Of a stretch of 64,000 bases of DNA, positions 1 to 11,725 are shown piece by piece; positions within the stretch are counted from its first letter, which is position 1, and each line of letters begins with the position of its first letter. The position numbers were made by a program, and so were the translations under genes. This stretch comes from Ranitomeya imitator (lineage: Eukaryota). The notes beneath the pieces are model-generated. The model searched no databases. It worked only from the letters and a program-made list of their open reading frames with translations, and had not been told where the DNA came from. The stretch is from the NCBI RefSeq assembly GCF_032444005.1, contig NC_091290.1, positions 62,558,001 to 62,622,000 of the forward strand, given 5' to 3'.

Positions 1-1201
1 CTACATACGCTGCCCACGTTGTGCACAATTTTCACAACGTGCATCGGTATGTTGGGCCGACGCATTGCGATGGCCCCGTACTGACGTAAGTGTGAAAGAA
101 ACCTAACCCTGAATTTAGCCCCAACCCTAACCCTAAATTTAGCCCCAACCCTAACCCTAAATTTAGCCCCAACCCTAACCCTAAATTTAGCCCCAACCCT
201 AAATTTAGTCCCAACCCTAACCCTAACCCTAGCCCTAACCCTAGCCCTAACCCTAACTCTAACCCTAACCCTAGCCCTAACCCTAGCCCTAACCCTAACC
301 CTAACTCTAGCCCTAACCCTAACTCTAACCCTAGCCCTAACCCTTGCCCTAACCCTAGCCCTAACCCTTGCCCTAACCCTAGCCCTAATCCTAGCCCTAA
401 CCCTAACCCTAACCCTAGCCCTAACCCTAACCCTAATTTTAGCCCCAACTGCTCTTCTCCTGTCGGCCGGCAGATGGCGATAGATGGCGGGCGCACTGCG
501 CATTCGCCCGCCATTTTCTTTTCCCCGGCAGCCAGGAGGAGCAGCAGGAGGATCCAGGGACACCGGTAAGTATAATATGGTCCCCGAATCCCCCTATTTC
601 TCTGTCCTCTGATGTGCAATCACATCAGAGGACAGAGAATTACACTTTAATTTTTTTTTTTTTTTGCGGTCGCCGGTAAACAGTTAATTACCGGCGATCG
701 CAAAACAGGGGTCGGTAAAACCGACCCCAATAATGTTGTTTGGGGTCTCGGCTACCCCCAGCAGCTGAGACCCCAAAGATTCTCCCGGTGCCGGCCGGCG
801 GGCGCACTGCGCATGTGCCCGCCATCTTGAAGAAGGCAGCGCCCACCGGGAGCCACGAGGGGAGATAGGTGAGTATCGGGGGGCTATCTGGGACCCCTTT
901 TCTCTGTCCTCTGATGTGCGATCACATCGGAGGACAGAGAAATTAAAAAGAGATCGCGTTTTTTTTTTTGCGATCGCCGGTAAACGGTTAATTACCGGCA
1001 ATCGCAAATGCGGGGTCGGTAAAAAACCCCTCGAATCATGTTCTCTGGGGTCTCGGCTACCCCCGGCAGCCGAGACCACGGAGAAAATCCGACTCTGGGG
1101 GGCGCTATTCACTTTTTCCACAGCGCCGCTAATTAACGGCGCTGTGGTTTAAGTACCCTTAGCGGCCACCATTAAAAGGTGTATCGGCGGTCGCTACGGG
1201 G
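1..1201. mobile_element. Right-hand part of a non-autonomous piggyBac-type (TTAA) DNA transposon, running off the window start
   Basis: Ends ...GGTCGCTACGGGG|TTAA (TTAA at 1202-1205). Palindrome-rich subterminal region with a ~310-bp internal duplication (486-796 / 797-1105). No transposase visible. Confidence 0.55.
101..449 (+). repeat. Degenerate telomere-like (CCCTAA/CCCTAG)n array, interstitial
   Basis: Directly visible CCCTAA, CCCTAG, CTCTAA and CCTTGC hexamers; lies inside the TTAA-ended element. Confidence 0.9.
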
Positions 1202-1205
1202 TTAA

Positions 1206-2040
1206 ACTCTTCATGCCACGGACCATTTTCTTTTTGTTGTTCTGTTTTTCGCTCCCCTTCTACCCAGAGCCATAACTTTCATATTTTTCAGTCAAAATGG
1301 CCATGTGAGGGTTTCATTTTTGTGGGGCGAATTGTACTTTTGAACCACATCATTTCTTTTACCATATAGTGTACCAGAAAACAGGAAAAAATATTGCAAG
1401 TGTTGTGAAATTGCAAAAAAGTGCAATTCCATAATTGTATTTTTTTTTAACCATGCTCAGCAAATGCTAAAACTGACCTGCCATTATGATTCTCCAGGTC
1501 ATTATAAGTTCGTAGATGCCAAATATGTATAGGTTCTTTTTTACTTAAGTGGTGAAAAAAAAATTGTAAAAAAAAAGTGTCATATTCCGAGACCTTTAGC
1601 GTCTCCATTTTTCATTATTTGGGGCTTGTTGAGGGCTTATTTTTTGCGCGCCAAGCTGACAATTTTATTGGCATCATTTTGGTGCGGATACGATATTTTG
1701 ATTGCCCAGTAATTGCATTTTAATGCATTGTTGTGGTGACCAAAAAAGTAATGGTGTTATGGTGTGGTGTTTTTACTTTTCTCATTACACCGTTTACCAA
1801 GTGGATTAATTCCTTTTATATATTGATAGATCGGGTGATTCTGAACTCTTCCATACCAAATATATGTATTTTTTATTATTGTTTTATTTTAAACGGTGTG
1901 AATGGGATGAGATTTAAACTTTTATTTTTTAATTTTTGTAATATTTTTAAAAACATTTTTTTCTTATATTACACTGTAAATGTCTCCATGGGAGACTAGA
2001 AGCTGCGATCATCTGATCGCTCGTGCTACACAGAGCAGGG
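1206..2040. mobile_element. Truncated left part of a second piggyBac-type non-autonomous element
   Basis: Starts TTAA|ACTCTTCATG, resembling the TTAACCCCTT-type start. Shares sequence with 16217-16310, 18719-18860 and 42095-43127 (e.g. GTGAAATTGCAAAAAAGTGCAAT, CTAAAACTGACCTGCCATT). Other end not found. Confidence 0.45.
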
Positions 2041-2338
2041 CACTGTTGGGCGGGATTAGTGTTGTGCTTTCAGCGCAATCATGTTAAATGCTGCTGTCAG
2101 AGATTACACATATAGGAGGATTTGTGGATAATCTGTGCTGCTGGTATCCCATATAATAAATCCATATCCAGACATAATAAAAACAAATAATAAAAGCATA
2201 AATGAGCACGTGCGGTTGAGCTCCCCTCCAAGTTTTGTCCCTTCTTATAGTGTACTCTGTTTCTATTAGGTTTGTGCTTTTATTATTGTCTATTGCCTTT
2301 TGCAGACTTTGACCTCTGATAACCAACCACCTGTCTTA

Positions 2339-3351
2339 GGCCTGTCCCACACGTCCAGATAATTCCGGTACCGGAAAAATTGGTACCGGAGTTATCCGCG
2401 TTCGTGTGCTCACGTGGCACATCAGTGTGGCACACAAGCAGCAGTCGTGTGCCGTCCGTGTGTCGACTGGGTACCACACGCACCATGCAGGAGACAGCGC
2501 TACAGTAAGCGCTGTCCCCGGCTTTGGGTGCTGAATCCAGAATTCATTCCTTCTTCCCAGCAGCATTCGCTGGAGAGAAGGAATGAAAAATCAGGGGTTT
2601 TTTTTGTTGTTGTTAAAATAAAGTTCCCGGTAATCTCGCACCTCCCTCCCCCTGTTCGCCCGCCCGCTGGCATTAAAATACTTACCCAGCTCCCTTGATG
2701 CTTCCTCTCAGCGTCGCAGCTCTTCCTGTATGAGCGGTCACGTGGTGCCACTTATTACAGTGATGAATATGCGGCTCCACGCCTATGGGAGGTGGAGCCG
2801 CATATTCATCACTGTAATAAGCGGCACTACGTGACCGCTCATACAGGAAGAGCTGCGACGCTGGGAGGAAGCATCGAGGGAGCTGGGTAAGTATTTTAAT
2901 GCCAGCGGGCGGGCGCACAGGGGGAGGGAGGGGGTAGGTTACTGGGAACTTTATTTAGACAACAACAAAAAAAAAACCCTGATTTTTCATTCCTTCTCTC
3001 CAGCAAACGCTGCTGGAGAGAAGAAATAATGGGGCTTCAGCACCACAAGCTGGGGGGACAGCGCTTACTGTAGCGCTGTCTCCTGCATGGCACACGGACT
3101 GCACACAGACAGCATCCGTGTGCTGTACGTGTTTTACACGGACCCATTGACTTTAATGGGTCCATGTGATCCGTGCGCTCCCACGAACACTGACATGTCT
3201 CCGTGTTTTTCAAACGGACACAAGGTCCGTGAAAACACGCTGACATGTGCAGAGACACATTGATTTTAATGTGTCTACGTGAGTCAGTGTCTCCGGTATG
3301 TGAGAAAACTGTCACCCCACGTACCGGAGCCACTGACGTGTGAAACCGGCC
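2339..3351. mobile_element. PIF/Harbinger-type MITE with a long internal fold-back
   Basis: TTA TSD (2336-2338, 3352-3354). TIRs GGCCTGTCCCACACGTC versus reverse complement GGCCGGTTTCACACGTC. Internal inverted arms centred near 2784. Confidence 0.75.
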
Positions 3352-3429
3352 TTATGGAGGGAACAAACTTATACACTATATAACTATGAGTCCTCCTGGG
3401 TCTTTTACCATAGAGTTTCATTTAATTCA

Positions 3430-4091
3430 AATGTCAACAGATAGTTTGCGCTGACACTGATGGACCCTCAGCCTGCAGGACAGATTGAATTTCTTTGGAA
3501 CTTCATTTGGGCTGCTTATCCACCATACAGACCATCCTGCGTTTCAACCTTTCAGCATTTTTTTTGGTGCCATCAACATCCAGGGAGATTAGCTGCAATG
3601 TCATGAGTTGCAAACTTCTTTATTATGTTGCACACTGTGGACAAAAGAACATCTAGATTTGTGATGGACTTGTAACTTTGAGATTGCTGATAATTTTCAA
3701 ACATTTTAGTTCTTAGTGTGCCACACGCATACACACAATGAAACATTGAGTCAACTTCTCCCTTTTTTATCTGCTTTCAGATATGATTTTCATATTGCCC
3801 ATACCCTTTCTTTGCCACAGGTGAGTTTGAATGGGCATCACATGCCTGAAGCAGTTGTTTACCCAAAATTTTGGAAGGGTGCCAACCATTTTGCCTGGCC
3901 CATTTTTTTTTTATTTTGAGTGAAATTATGTCCAATTTGCCCTTTTGTCTCAGTTTTTTGTGTTGTTACAATACACACAAAATAAATAAACAGGTGCATA
4001 ATAAAATATATGTAGTTGAAATAATTTTTTGGGAGAAATACTACATTTTCTGGAACAATTTCAAGGGTGTCAACACTTTCGGTAATGGCTG
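3430..4091 (-). mobile_element. Tc1/mariner remnant (terminal repeat plus N-terminal HTH fragment)
   Basis: Minus strand reads ...RRMVCMVDKQPQ.SSKEIQSVLQAEGPSVSAQTI (Tc1 DNA-binding region). Ends in a TIR-like AAGGGTGTCAACACTTTCGGTAATGGCTG|TA. Confidence 0.7.
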
Positions 4092-4399
4092 TATTTGATA
4101 TTCTCCATTCATATCAAGTGCCTATATTTAAAATATATTAAGGGGTATCCAGAAGAGTTTTTGAAGTGGGTATACTAAGACTCTTTGCACGTTGTGTTTT
4201 TGTCCATAGACTACAATGGTGCTAACAGATTTAAGTTGTAGTAGACTATGTCTGGGTTCTGCCTCCATTAAGTCTATGTAAAGTTCCCGAGGTTCTGTCC
4301 AGTTATGCTTTGGCACAAAAAAAACAGTGCAGCAGGCCCAGTGTGCTGTCAACAGTGGGGTGTATCACACACACTTGTAGGCCGCAGGCCTCCACTGTC

Positions 4400-5200
4400 T
4401 ACAGGCCTCCATTCTCAGGAGCTGCAACACGAAATTCAGGGGACACAAGCTCATTGCAACAAGCAAACGTTTACTGGTCAGCCCAATTTCATCAGAGTGA
4501 AACATGTGGGATAGAGCACAGCACTTCATGTTTCTTACTTCCTTAGTACAATGCATCTTCATCTCTACCATTCATTTGTCCTGGACTATCCCTAAACCCA
4601 CTGACTCCGTCAGCCTAATGAATTTCCTATCCACTTAAGAAGTGCATCTGGGACCAGCAACCGAGCTATTTGATTCTACGTCCAATGAAATTGAGATGTC
4701 AGAAGACCAGACACTCTCTCTAGTACCTGGACCAAGCCCTAGACCCTGGACGTGATGCAGGAATGTCCACAGGAGATATCTGCATGGCCTCCTACAGCCT
4801 TGAACAATTGGGACCTGCCAACCCTAGCAGCCCACTGCACCTGTACTTGCCCTTGTCATGGCACTTCCCTACCTGATCTACTATCAGGAAGTGCCCACAT
4901 TTTATTAACACCAGTCCTCAGCCATTGGGCTAGTTCTATCCATTAACTATATCCTGTCCTGTAGACCAGACCTGGGCAAATTGCAGTCCAAGGGCCACAT
5001 CAAGTCCTCTGGCTGTTCCAGTTTGGCCCATGAACCAGACAGCCAAAGGGCTTAAACAGTGACTCATGGACCACACCATGCCCTCCAACACCTGCCACTC
5101 ATCTGCCCCCACTGCTTGCTTTCACTGCTATCTACATCCTCAGGATGCAGACAGCGGTAAATACATATATTGGAGGAAGACATGGTCAATGACTTCATCT
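4400..5200 (+). pseudogene. Possible highly decayed Penelope-like RT/GIY-YIG remnant
   Basis: One frame near 5125-5190 reads AIYILRMQTAVNTYIGG, spaced like a GIY-YIG motif. Weak RT-like fragment upstream (TIHLSWT). Heavily broken. Confidence 0.3.
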
Positions 5201-5254
5201 TCCATCAATCAACATGCGAGATAGCAAATGTTATTATTATGTGGTGCTCATAAT

Positions 5255-6178
5255 GTATATAGGAATCTATGTGGGGACTTATACTGTTCATTGGAGGCTA
5301 TGTTTGGGGCACATACTGTATATTGAGAGGCTATGTGAGGGATCATACTGTAAATAGGAGGCTATGTGAAGGCTCATACTGCATGTAGGGAGCTAGGTGG
5401 GGGCTGATACTGAATATAGGGGCTATGTGGGGCTCATAATGTATATATGAAGCTATGTGGGGGCTCAAACTATATACAAAGGGCTATGCTAGCGCTCATA
5501 TTGTATATAGGGAGCTATGTGGTGGCTCATACTGCATAAATAGTGGCTATGTGGGGGCTCATGCAGTAGGTCAGGGGCTGAGTGTGGGCAAACTGTTTGT
5601 AGAGAGGCTATGTGAAGGCTCAGACTACATATAGGCAGCTATGTGTGGGCTCATACTGTGTACAGGGGGCTATGTGATGGATCATATTATATATAGATAG
5701 GTTATGTGGGGACTTACACTGTATATAGGGGCTATGTGGAGGCTCACACTGTATATAGAAGACTATGTGGGACCTTATACTGTATATACGGGTAGGCGAG
5801 GTCTCATATTGTATATAGAGAGGCTATGTGGGGCTCATACTGTATAAAGGGGGTTATGTGGGGATCTCATACTGTATATAGAGAGGGTATGTGGGTGCAT
5901 ACACTTTACACATAATGCTATGTAGGGATCAAATTGTACATAAGGGGCTATGTGAGGGCTAATATTGTATGTAGAGAGGCTGTGTGGGGGCCCATAATGT
6001 ATATAGTGGACTATGTGCGAGCTCATGCTGTATACAGGACATTAGTGGGAGCTCATGCTGTAAACTGAGGGTTATGTTAGAGCTCATATTGTATATACTG
6101 AGCTATATGGAGGCTCATACTGTATATAGGGGGCTATGTTGGGGCTCATACTATATATAGAAGGCTTTGTGGGGGCTC
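5255..6178. repeat. ~31-bp minisatellite (CTCATACTGTATATAGGGGGCTATGTGGGGG)
   Basis: CTCATAC recurs at ~31-bp spacing (e.g. 6114, 6145). Confidence 0.85.
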
Positions 6179-6519
6179 ACACCAGGGCCAGACTGGCCAT
6201 TGGGCACTTCTGGCAAATTCCCCCCCGCCAGCGCCGCCGCATTCAACTATACCGGTGTCTATGACGCCAATACAGTTGAATGCAATGATGGAGGAGAGAA
6301 GGTCTGCTGTCACTCCATCTTCCATCATTCCCTGCTCTGCCTCTGACACTGCGGGTGCGCGATGACATCATATCATCGCGTACCTGCTGTGTGTCGGGCG
6401 GGCAGATTGCAGCTGCTGAGACCAAAGCCGGGAGCAGCGCGGGGCATGAGGAGAGGTGAGGAGAGTGTTTTTTTGTTTATTTTAAATATATCAATGAGTG
6501 ATAACTGGATTGTGGGATT

Positions 6520-8990
6520 GGGGGGGCTGTATTACATTCAATGGGGGCTGTGCTGTAATGCATTCTATGGGGGGGATTTATTGCATTCTATTGGGGCTGG
6601 CTGCATTACATTCTATGGGGGTCTGGCTGCATTACATTCTATGAGGGGATTTATTTTATTACATTGTAGTGGGGCTGGCTGCATTACATTCTATGGGGGC
6701 TGGCTGCATTACATTATATGGGGGCTGGGCTGCATTACATTCTATGGGGGCTGTGCTGTATTACATTCTATGGAGGCTGTGCTGCATTACATTCTATGGG
6801 GGGCTGGCTGCATTACATTCTAAGGGGGCTGGCTGCATTACATTCTATGGCGGCTGGCTGCATTACATTCTATGGGGGCTGGCTGCATTACATTCTATGA
6901 GGGGATTTATTTTATTACATTGTAGTGGGGCTGGCTGCATTACATTCTATGGGGGCTGGCTGCATTACATTATATGGGGGCTGGGCTGCATTACATTCTA
7001 TGGGGGCTGTGCTGTATTACATTCTATGGAGGCTGTGCTGCATTACATTCTATGGGGGGCTGGCTGCATTACATTCTAAGGGGGCTGGCTGCATTACATT
7101 CTATGGCGGCTGGCTGCATTACATTCTATGGGGGCTGGCTGCATTACATTCTATGGGGGGATTTATTTCATTCTATTGGGGCTGGATGCATTACATTCTA
7201 TGGGGGCTGGCTGCATTACATTCTATGGGGGCTGGCTGCATTACATTCTATTGGGGGGATTTATTACATTCTATTGGGGCTGTCTGCTGTTGTGAATTCT
7301 GCTCTTGGGCTCCCTCCGGTGGTTATGAGTGGTAGTGCTGCGGTAGTTGGATCGCAGCATTTATCAGGTGTATCTATTTTTTGCAATTTGGGCTGGGCTA
7401 TATAGCCTTGCTTGATCCTTTAGTCAGTGCCAGTTGTCCATTGTTTTTGGAGGATTCACATCCCTTCTGGTCTCTCCTGTTTGCTGTGCTTTTCTTCAAA
7501 GATAAGTCCTGGCTTTGTTTTTGCTGTCCACCTGCTGTGGACCTTATAGTTCTGTGCATTTTTATGTCTTTGTCTTGTCCAGCTTGGTCTGTGAAGGATT
7601 TTTTGCAGCCTAGCTATTTCTCTGGAGATGCAGATATACCCTCCATGTCTTTAGTCAGATGTGGTGTTTTGTATTTTCTGTGGTGGATATTTTCTAGTGT
7701 TTTTATACTGACCGCATAGTACTCTGTTCTATTCTTTCTTTTTAGCTAGTATGGCCTCCTATGCTAAATCCTGATTTCATTTCTGCGTGTTATTTCCCTC
7801 TCCTCTCACAGTCAATATTTGTGGGGGGCTGTCTATCCTTTGGGAATTTTCTCTGAGGCAAGATAGGTTTCCTTTTTCTGTCTTTAGGGGTAGTTAGTTC
7901 TTAGGCTGTGTCGAGGGGTCTAGAGAGTGTTAGGTACCCCCCACGGCTACTTCTAGTTGCGCTGTTAAGTTCAGGGTTTGCGGTCAGTACAGGTACCACC
8001 TTCTCCAGAGTACGTCTCATGCTGCTCCAAGGCCACCAGATCATAACAGTCTGCATTACATTATATGGGGGCTGGCTGCATTACATTTTATGGGGGCTGG
8101 CTGCATTACATTCTATGGGGCTGTGCTGCATTACATTCTATGGGGGCGGTTCTGTATTACTTTCTGTGGGGGGCTGGCTGCATTACATTCTTAGGGACTA
8201 GCTGCATTACATTCTATGGGGGCAGTGCTGCATTACATTCTATGGGGGTTGTGCCGTGTTACATTCTGTGGGGGTAGGCTGCATTTCATTCTATGGGGGC
8301 TGCCTGCATTACATTCTATGGGGGCTTGCTGCATTACATTCTATGGGGACTGGCTACATTACATTCTATGGGTGGTTGGCTGCATTACATTCTATGTGGG
8401 GCAGTTTTACGTTCTCTGGGGGCTATATTACATTCTATGGGGGGCTGTATTACCTTCTATGGGGTGCTGTATTATATTCTATGGAGGGGCTACATTATAT
8501 TCTGTGGGGGGGCTGCATTATGCTCTATGAGGGGGCTACCATATATTATATATGCAGGAGCTGCATTATACTATATGAGAGGGCTGCATTATATTCTCTG
8601 GGTGTTACATTATACTCAGGGAGCTACAATTTATTCTGTGAGGTGGCTACATTATACTCTGGGGTGGCATCATTATACTATATGTGGGCTGCATTATACT
8701 GTATCGAGGACTATGGGGAATACATTATACTATATGAAGAATTATAGGGTGCATTGTACTATGGGAAGTGAATTGTACTACATGGATGACAATGGCGGGG
8801 CATTATACTATATGGAGCACTATGAGTAATGTATTATACTATTTGGAGGACTGAGGAGTGCATTATACTATATGGAGGAATTGCAGTGTATTTTAATATA
8901 TGGGGGACTGAGGAGTGTATTATACTATATGGAGGACTGAGGTGCACATTATAATATATGGAGGACTATGGGGTGTAATATACTGAACAA
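6520..8990. repeat. 24-25-bp minisatellite (GGGGCTGGCTGCATTACATTCTAT), split by a solo LTR
   Basis: Visible tandem units 6520-7287 and 8049-8990, more degenerate to the right. Confidence 0.9.
7288..8048. mobile_element. Solo LTR (761 bp) of an LTR retrotransposon
   Basis: TGTT...AACA termini; GTCTGC duplicated on both sides (7282-7287, 8049-8054); interrupts a minisatellite unit cleanly. Confidence 0.8.
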
Positions 8991-9652
8991 GCAAAATGCT
9001 GCCTATTCATCAAGTGATTGGATTGTTCATGTGGGAACAGAAATCCTTGTTCTCAGCAGCACATTGCTGGTGTAAACTGTAGTTGTGCTGCTGATAACAT
9101 GATACTGTATGGGGACAGATTGATCTAATTGTGATTGTTCTGTTCCCTTCATTCTTTCTCAGTTGGTGTAAAGAGGCTGGGAAACAAGCGAACGACCTCA
9201 GTATTGTCGATTAAACTTGTTTAATGGCCTGAGATCAGCCCATGTAAATACAGCAGAAATGCTTCGCAGGGAGACTAGGCAAGGATGATGACAGTTGTAG
9301 TTAGCACCCGGCGTCTGGGAATAGCGTTAACTCTGCTGCTTTTCCCAGCCGCCAGAGGATTTAATTCTGGTATGTGTAATGATTTTTAGGGTTGATGTCA
9401 GCTGCGTATGTCAGCTGCCATCAATCCCTGGTGTAAGTAATGGAGAGGTATCTATCAGACACCCCCACTACTAGCCCAGACCTGGCGAGATCTAGCGACT
9501 CTGAAAAGCGGTGACAGTAGTAACAATACCGCTCTTCACAATCGTCAAGCTCAGTGCAAGACCCGGAATATCTGAAGAGCGGTGACATTACTCTTCAGAG
9601 TCACCGAGTCTCGTGCTGTGCAGCGGAACCAAAAGTGGCTGTAGGCTACTTT

Positions 9653-9870
9653 TGTGTGTGTGTGTGTGTTTTCCTGTGTGTGTGTGTTTTCCTGAGTGTG
9701 TGGGTGTGTATGTATGTGTGTTTTCCTCAGTGTGTGTGTGTTTTCCTGAGTGTGTGGGTGTGTGTATGTATGTATGTGTGTGTTTTCCTCAGTGTGTGTG
9801 TGTTTTCCTGAGTGTGTGGGTGGGGGTGTGTGCGTGTAAGTTTTCCTGAGTGAGTGAGTGTGTGTGTGCG
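9653..9870. repeat. Compound (GT)n / TTTTCCTGAG microsatellite
   Basis: Directly visible. Confidence 0.85.
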
Positions 9871-10074
9871 CATGTGCCTGCACGGCATCAGTTAAAGCCG
9901 CAAGCCAATCAGAGGCTGGCAGCTGACATCAGCATGCATGTCGCCAGTGTATGACATCATTGTTATTCGCCGGCGAGTCCGCACTGAAATGCAAGGGATG
10001 GACGTCGGTGCTGGAACATGGCCAGGTAAGGAGAAAGGTGTTTTTTTTTATTTTTATTGAATGCGGCAAGTCCG

Positions 10075-10620
10075 GGGCAGAATGGAGACACAGGGGCAGG
10101 AATGGAATCAACACAGGGGGCAGGAATGGAAACAACACAGGGGCAGGAATGGAAACAACACAGGGGGCAGGAATGGAAACAACACAGGGGGCAGGAATGG
10201 AAACAACACAGGGGCAGGAATGAAAAGAACACAGGGGGCAGGAATGGAAACAACACAGGGGGCATGATGGAGACACAGGAGGCAGAATGTGAGACACGGG
10301 GGAATGGGAGACATGGGGGCAGGAATATGGTGACAGATGGGGCAGGATGGAGGCAGATGGGGCAGGATCATGGTGCAGGATGGAGACACATGGTGCAGGA
10401 TCATGGGGCAGGATGGATATGATGGAGACAGATGGGGTGGTAGGATGGGACAGATGGGGCAGGATCATGGGACAGATGGGGCAGGATCATGGGACAGAAG
10501 GGGCAGGATGCGGAGATCATATGGGGGCAGAATGGATCCTAATGAGGGCAGAATGGGAGAACATACGGCTATAGCCAGGAATGAGATACACGGGGCCAGG
10601 ATGAGGGATATTATTACCAT
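10075..10620. repeat. 23-24-bp purine-rich minisatellite (CACAGGGGGCAGGAATGGAAACAA, grading to GGGGCAGGATCATGGGACAGAT)
   Basis: Directly visible tandem units. Confidence 0.85.
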
Positions 10621-10924
10621 GGGGGCTAATTAAGGGATATTATTACTGCAGTGGTGTATTTATTTTATTTTTTGAGGGTACTGTTTTAAATGAGGGGCAG
10701 TCCTGTTACTGTGCAGAGCGACATTATTTCGCCCTTTTTTCCTCATCTCGTGCAGTGTAGAAGTTGGGAAAAAATTAAGTAATGTGTTCTGCAAGTAGAG
10801 CTCTAGATAACTGTGTTATTTAATGCAGAGATCCATCCTGGCTGGAAGATGTGATGGTGGTCTGTGCTGGTTGAGGATGAAAAGCGAAGCTGAAGGACTT
10901 CACCTAGAGACGTCACTGGTGAGT

Positions 10925-11215
10925 CAGTGTATTACCTGTACACTGACACTATACACTATTTACAGAGTTCCTGTGTACAATGTCACCAGTGATCACTGTG
11001 TTACCTGTACACTGGCACTATATACAGAGGTCCTGTGTACAATGTCACCAGTGATCACTGTATTACATTTACACTGACAATATACAGAGCTCCTGTGTAT
11101 ATTGTCACTGAAGATCACTGTATTACCTGTATGCTGACACTGTATACAGAGCTCCTGTGTATTATGTCATCTGTGATCAATGTATTACCTGAACACAGAC
11201 ACTGCATACTAAGTA
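10925..11215. repeat. ~60-bp tandem repeat (TGTACAATGTCACCAGTGATCACTGTATTACC...)
   Basis: Anchor TGTA recurs at 10974, 11036, 11096. Confidence 0.8.
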
Positions 11216-11294
11216 CAGATCTCCAGTGCATAGTGGCACTTTTGGTGATAGTATTGTGTTTTTTTTTAATTAATGATCAGCATTGTAGTATTCA

Positions 11295-11725
11295 GTCACT
11301 ATGTGGTGGTAATATGTGGTCCGGTCATGGTGTTGAAGTATTTGTCTCCTGTATGTGCTATTATTCATTAACTATGGTGGTAATATGTGGACTGGTCATG
11401 GTGTGGTGCTATTTGTTCCCTGTATTTGGTATTATTGGTCACATGTGGTGGTAATGTGTTCTTGATATGGTGTGATGTGTTTGTCCCTTATATGTGATAT
11501 TTGCCGGTCACTGTGGTGGTAATATGTGATCTGGACACGGTGTGGCAGTATTTGTTCCTTGTATGTGGTATTATAGGTCACTATGTGGTGGTAATATGTG
11601 GTCTGGACATGGTGCGGTTGTATTTGTCCCTTGCATGTGATATTGTTGGGTCACTGTGGTGGTAATATGGTGTCTGGTCATGGTACAGTGGCATTTGTCC
11701 CTTTGGATGTGACATGATTGGTCAT
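11295..11725. repeat. ~62-bp tandem repeat (GGTCACTATGTGGTGGTAATATGTGGTCTGG...)
   Basis: GTGGTGGTAATATG recurs about seven times. Confidence 0.75.

Noticed and set aside
32-619. 195-aa ORF with long (LG)n run
   Set aside because: It is the translation of the telomere-like hexamer array, not a protein gene.
6362-8829. Many long ORFs (ITFYGG, LHYILWG repeats); similar GCAIYYV ORFs at 32761-33509 and 38031-38578
   Set aside because: Stop-free frames of minisatellites; no start context, splice structure or family similarity.
10925-11725. Regularly spaced ~60-bp repeats resembling a CRISPR array
   Set aside because: Whole units repeat with no unique spacers, there are no cas genes, and the context is vertebrate.
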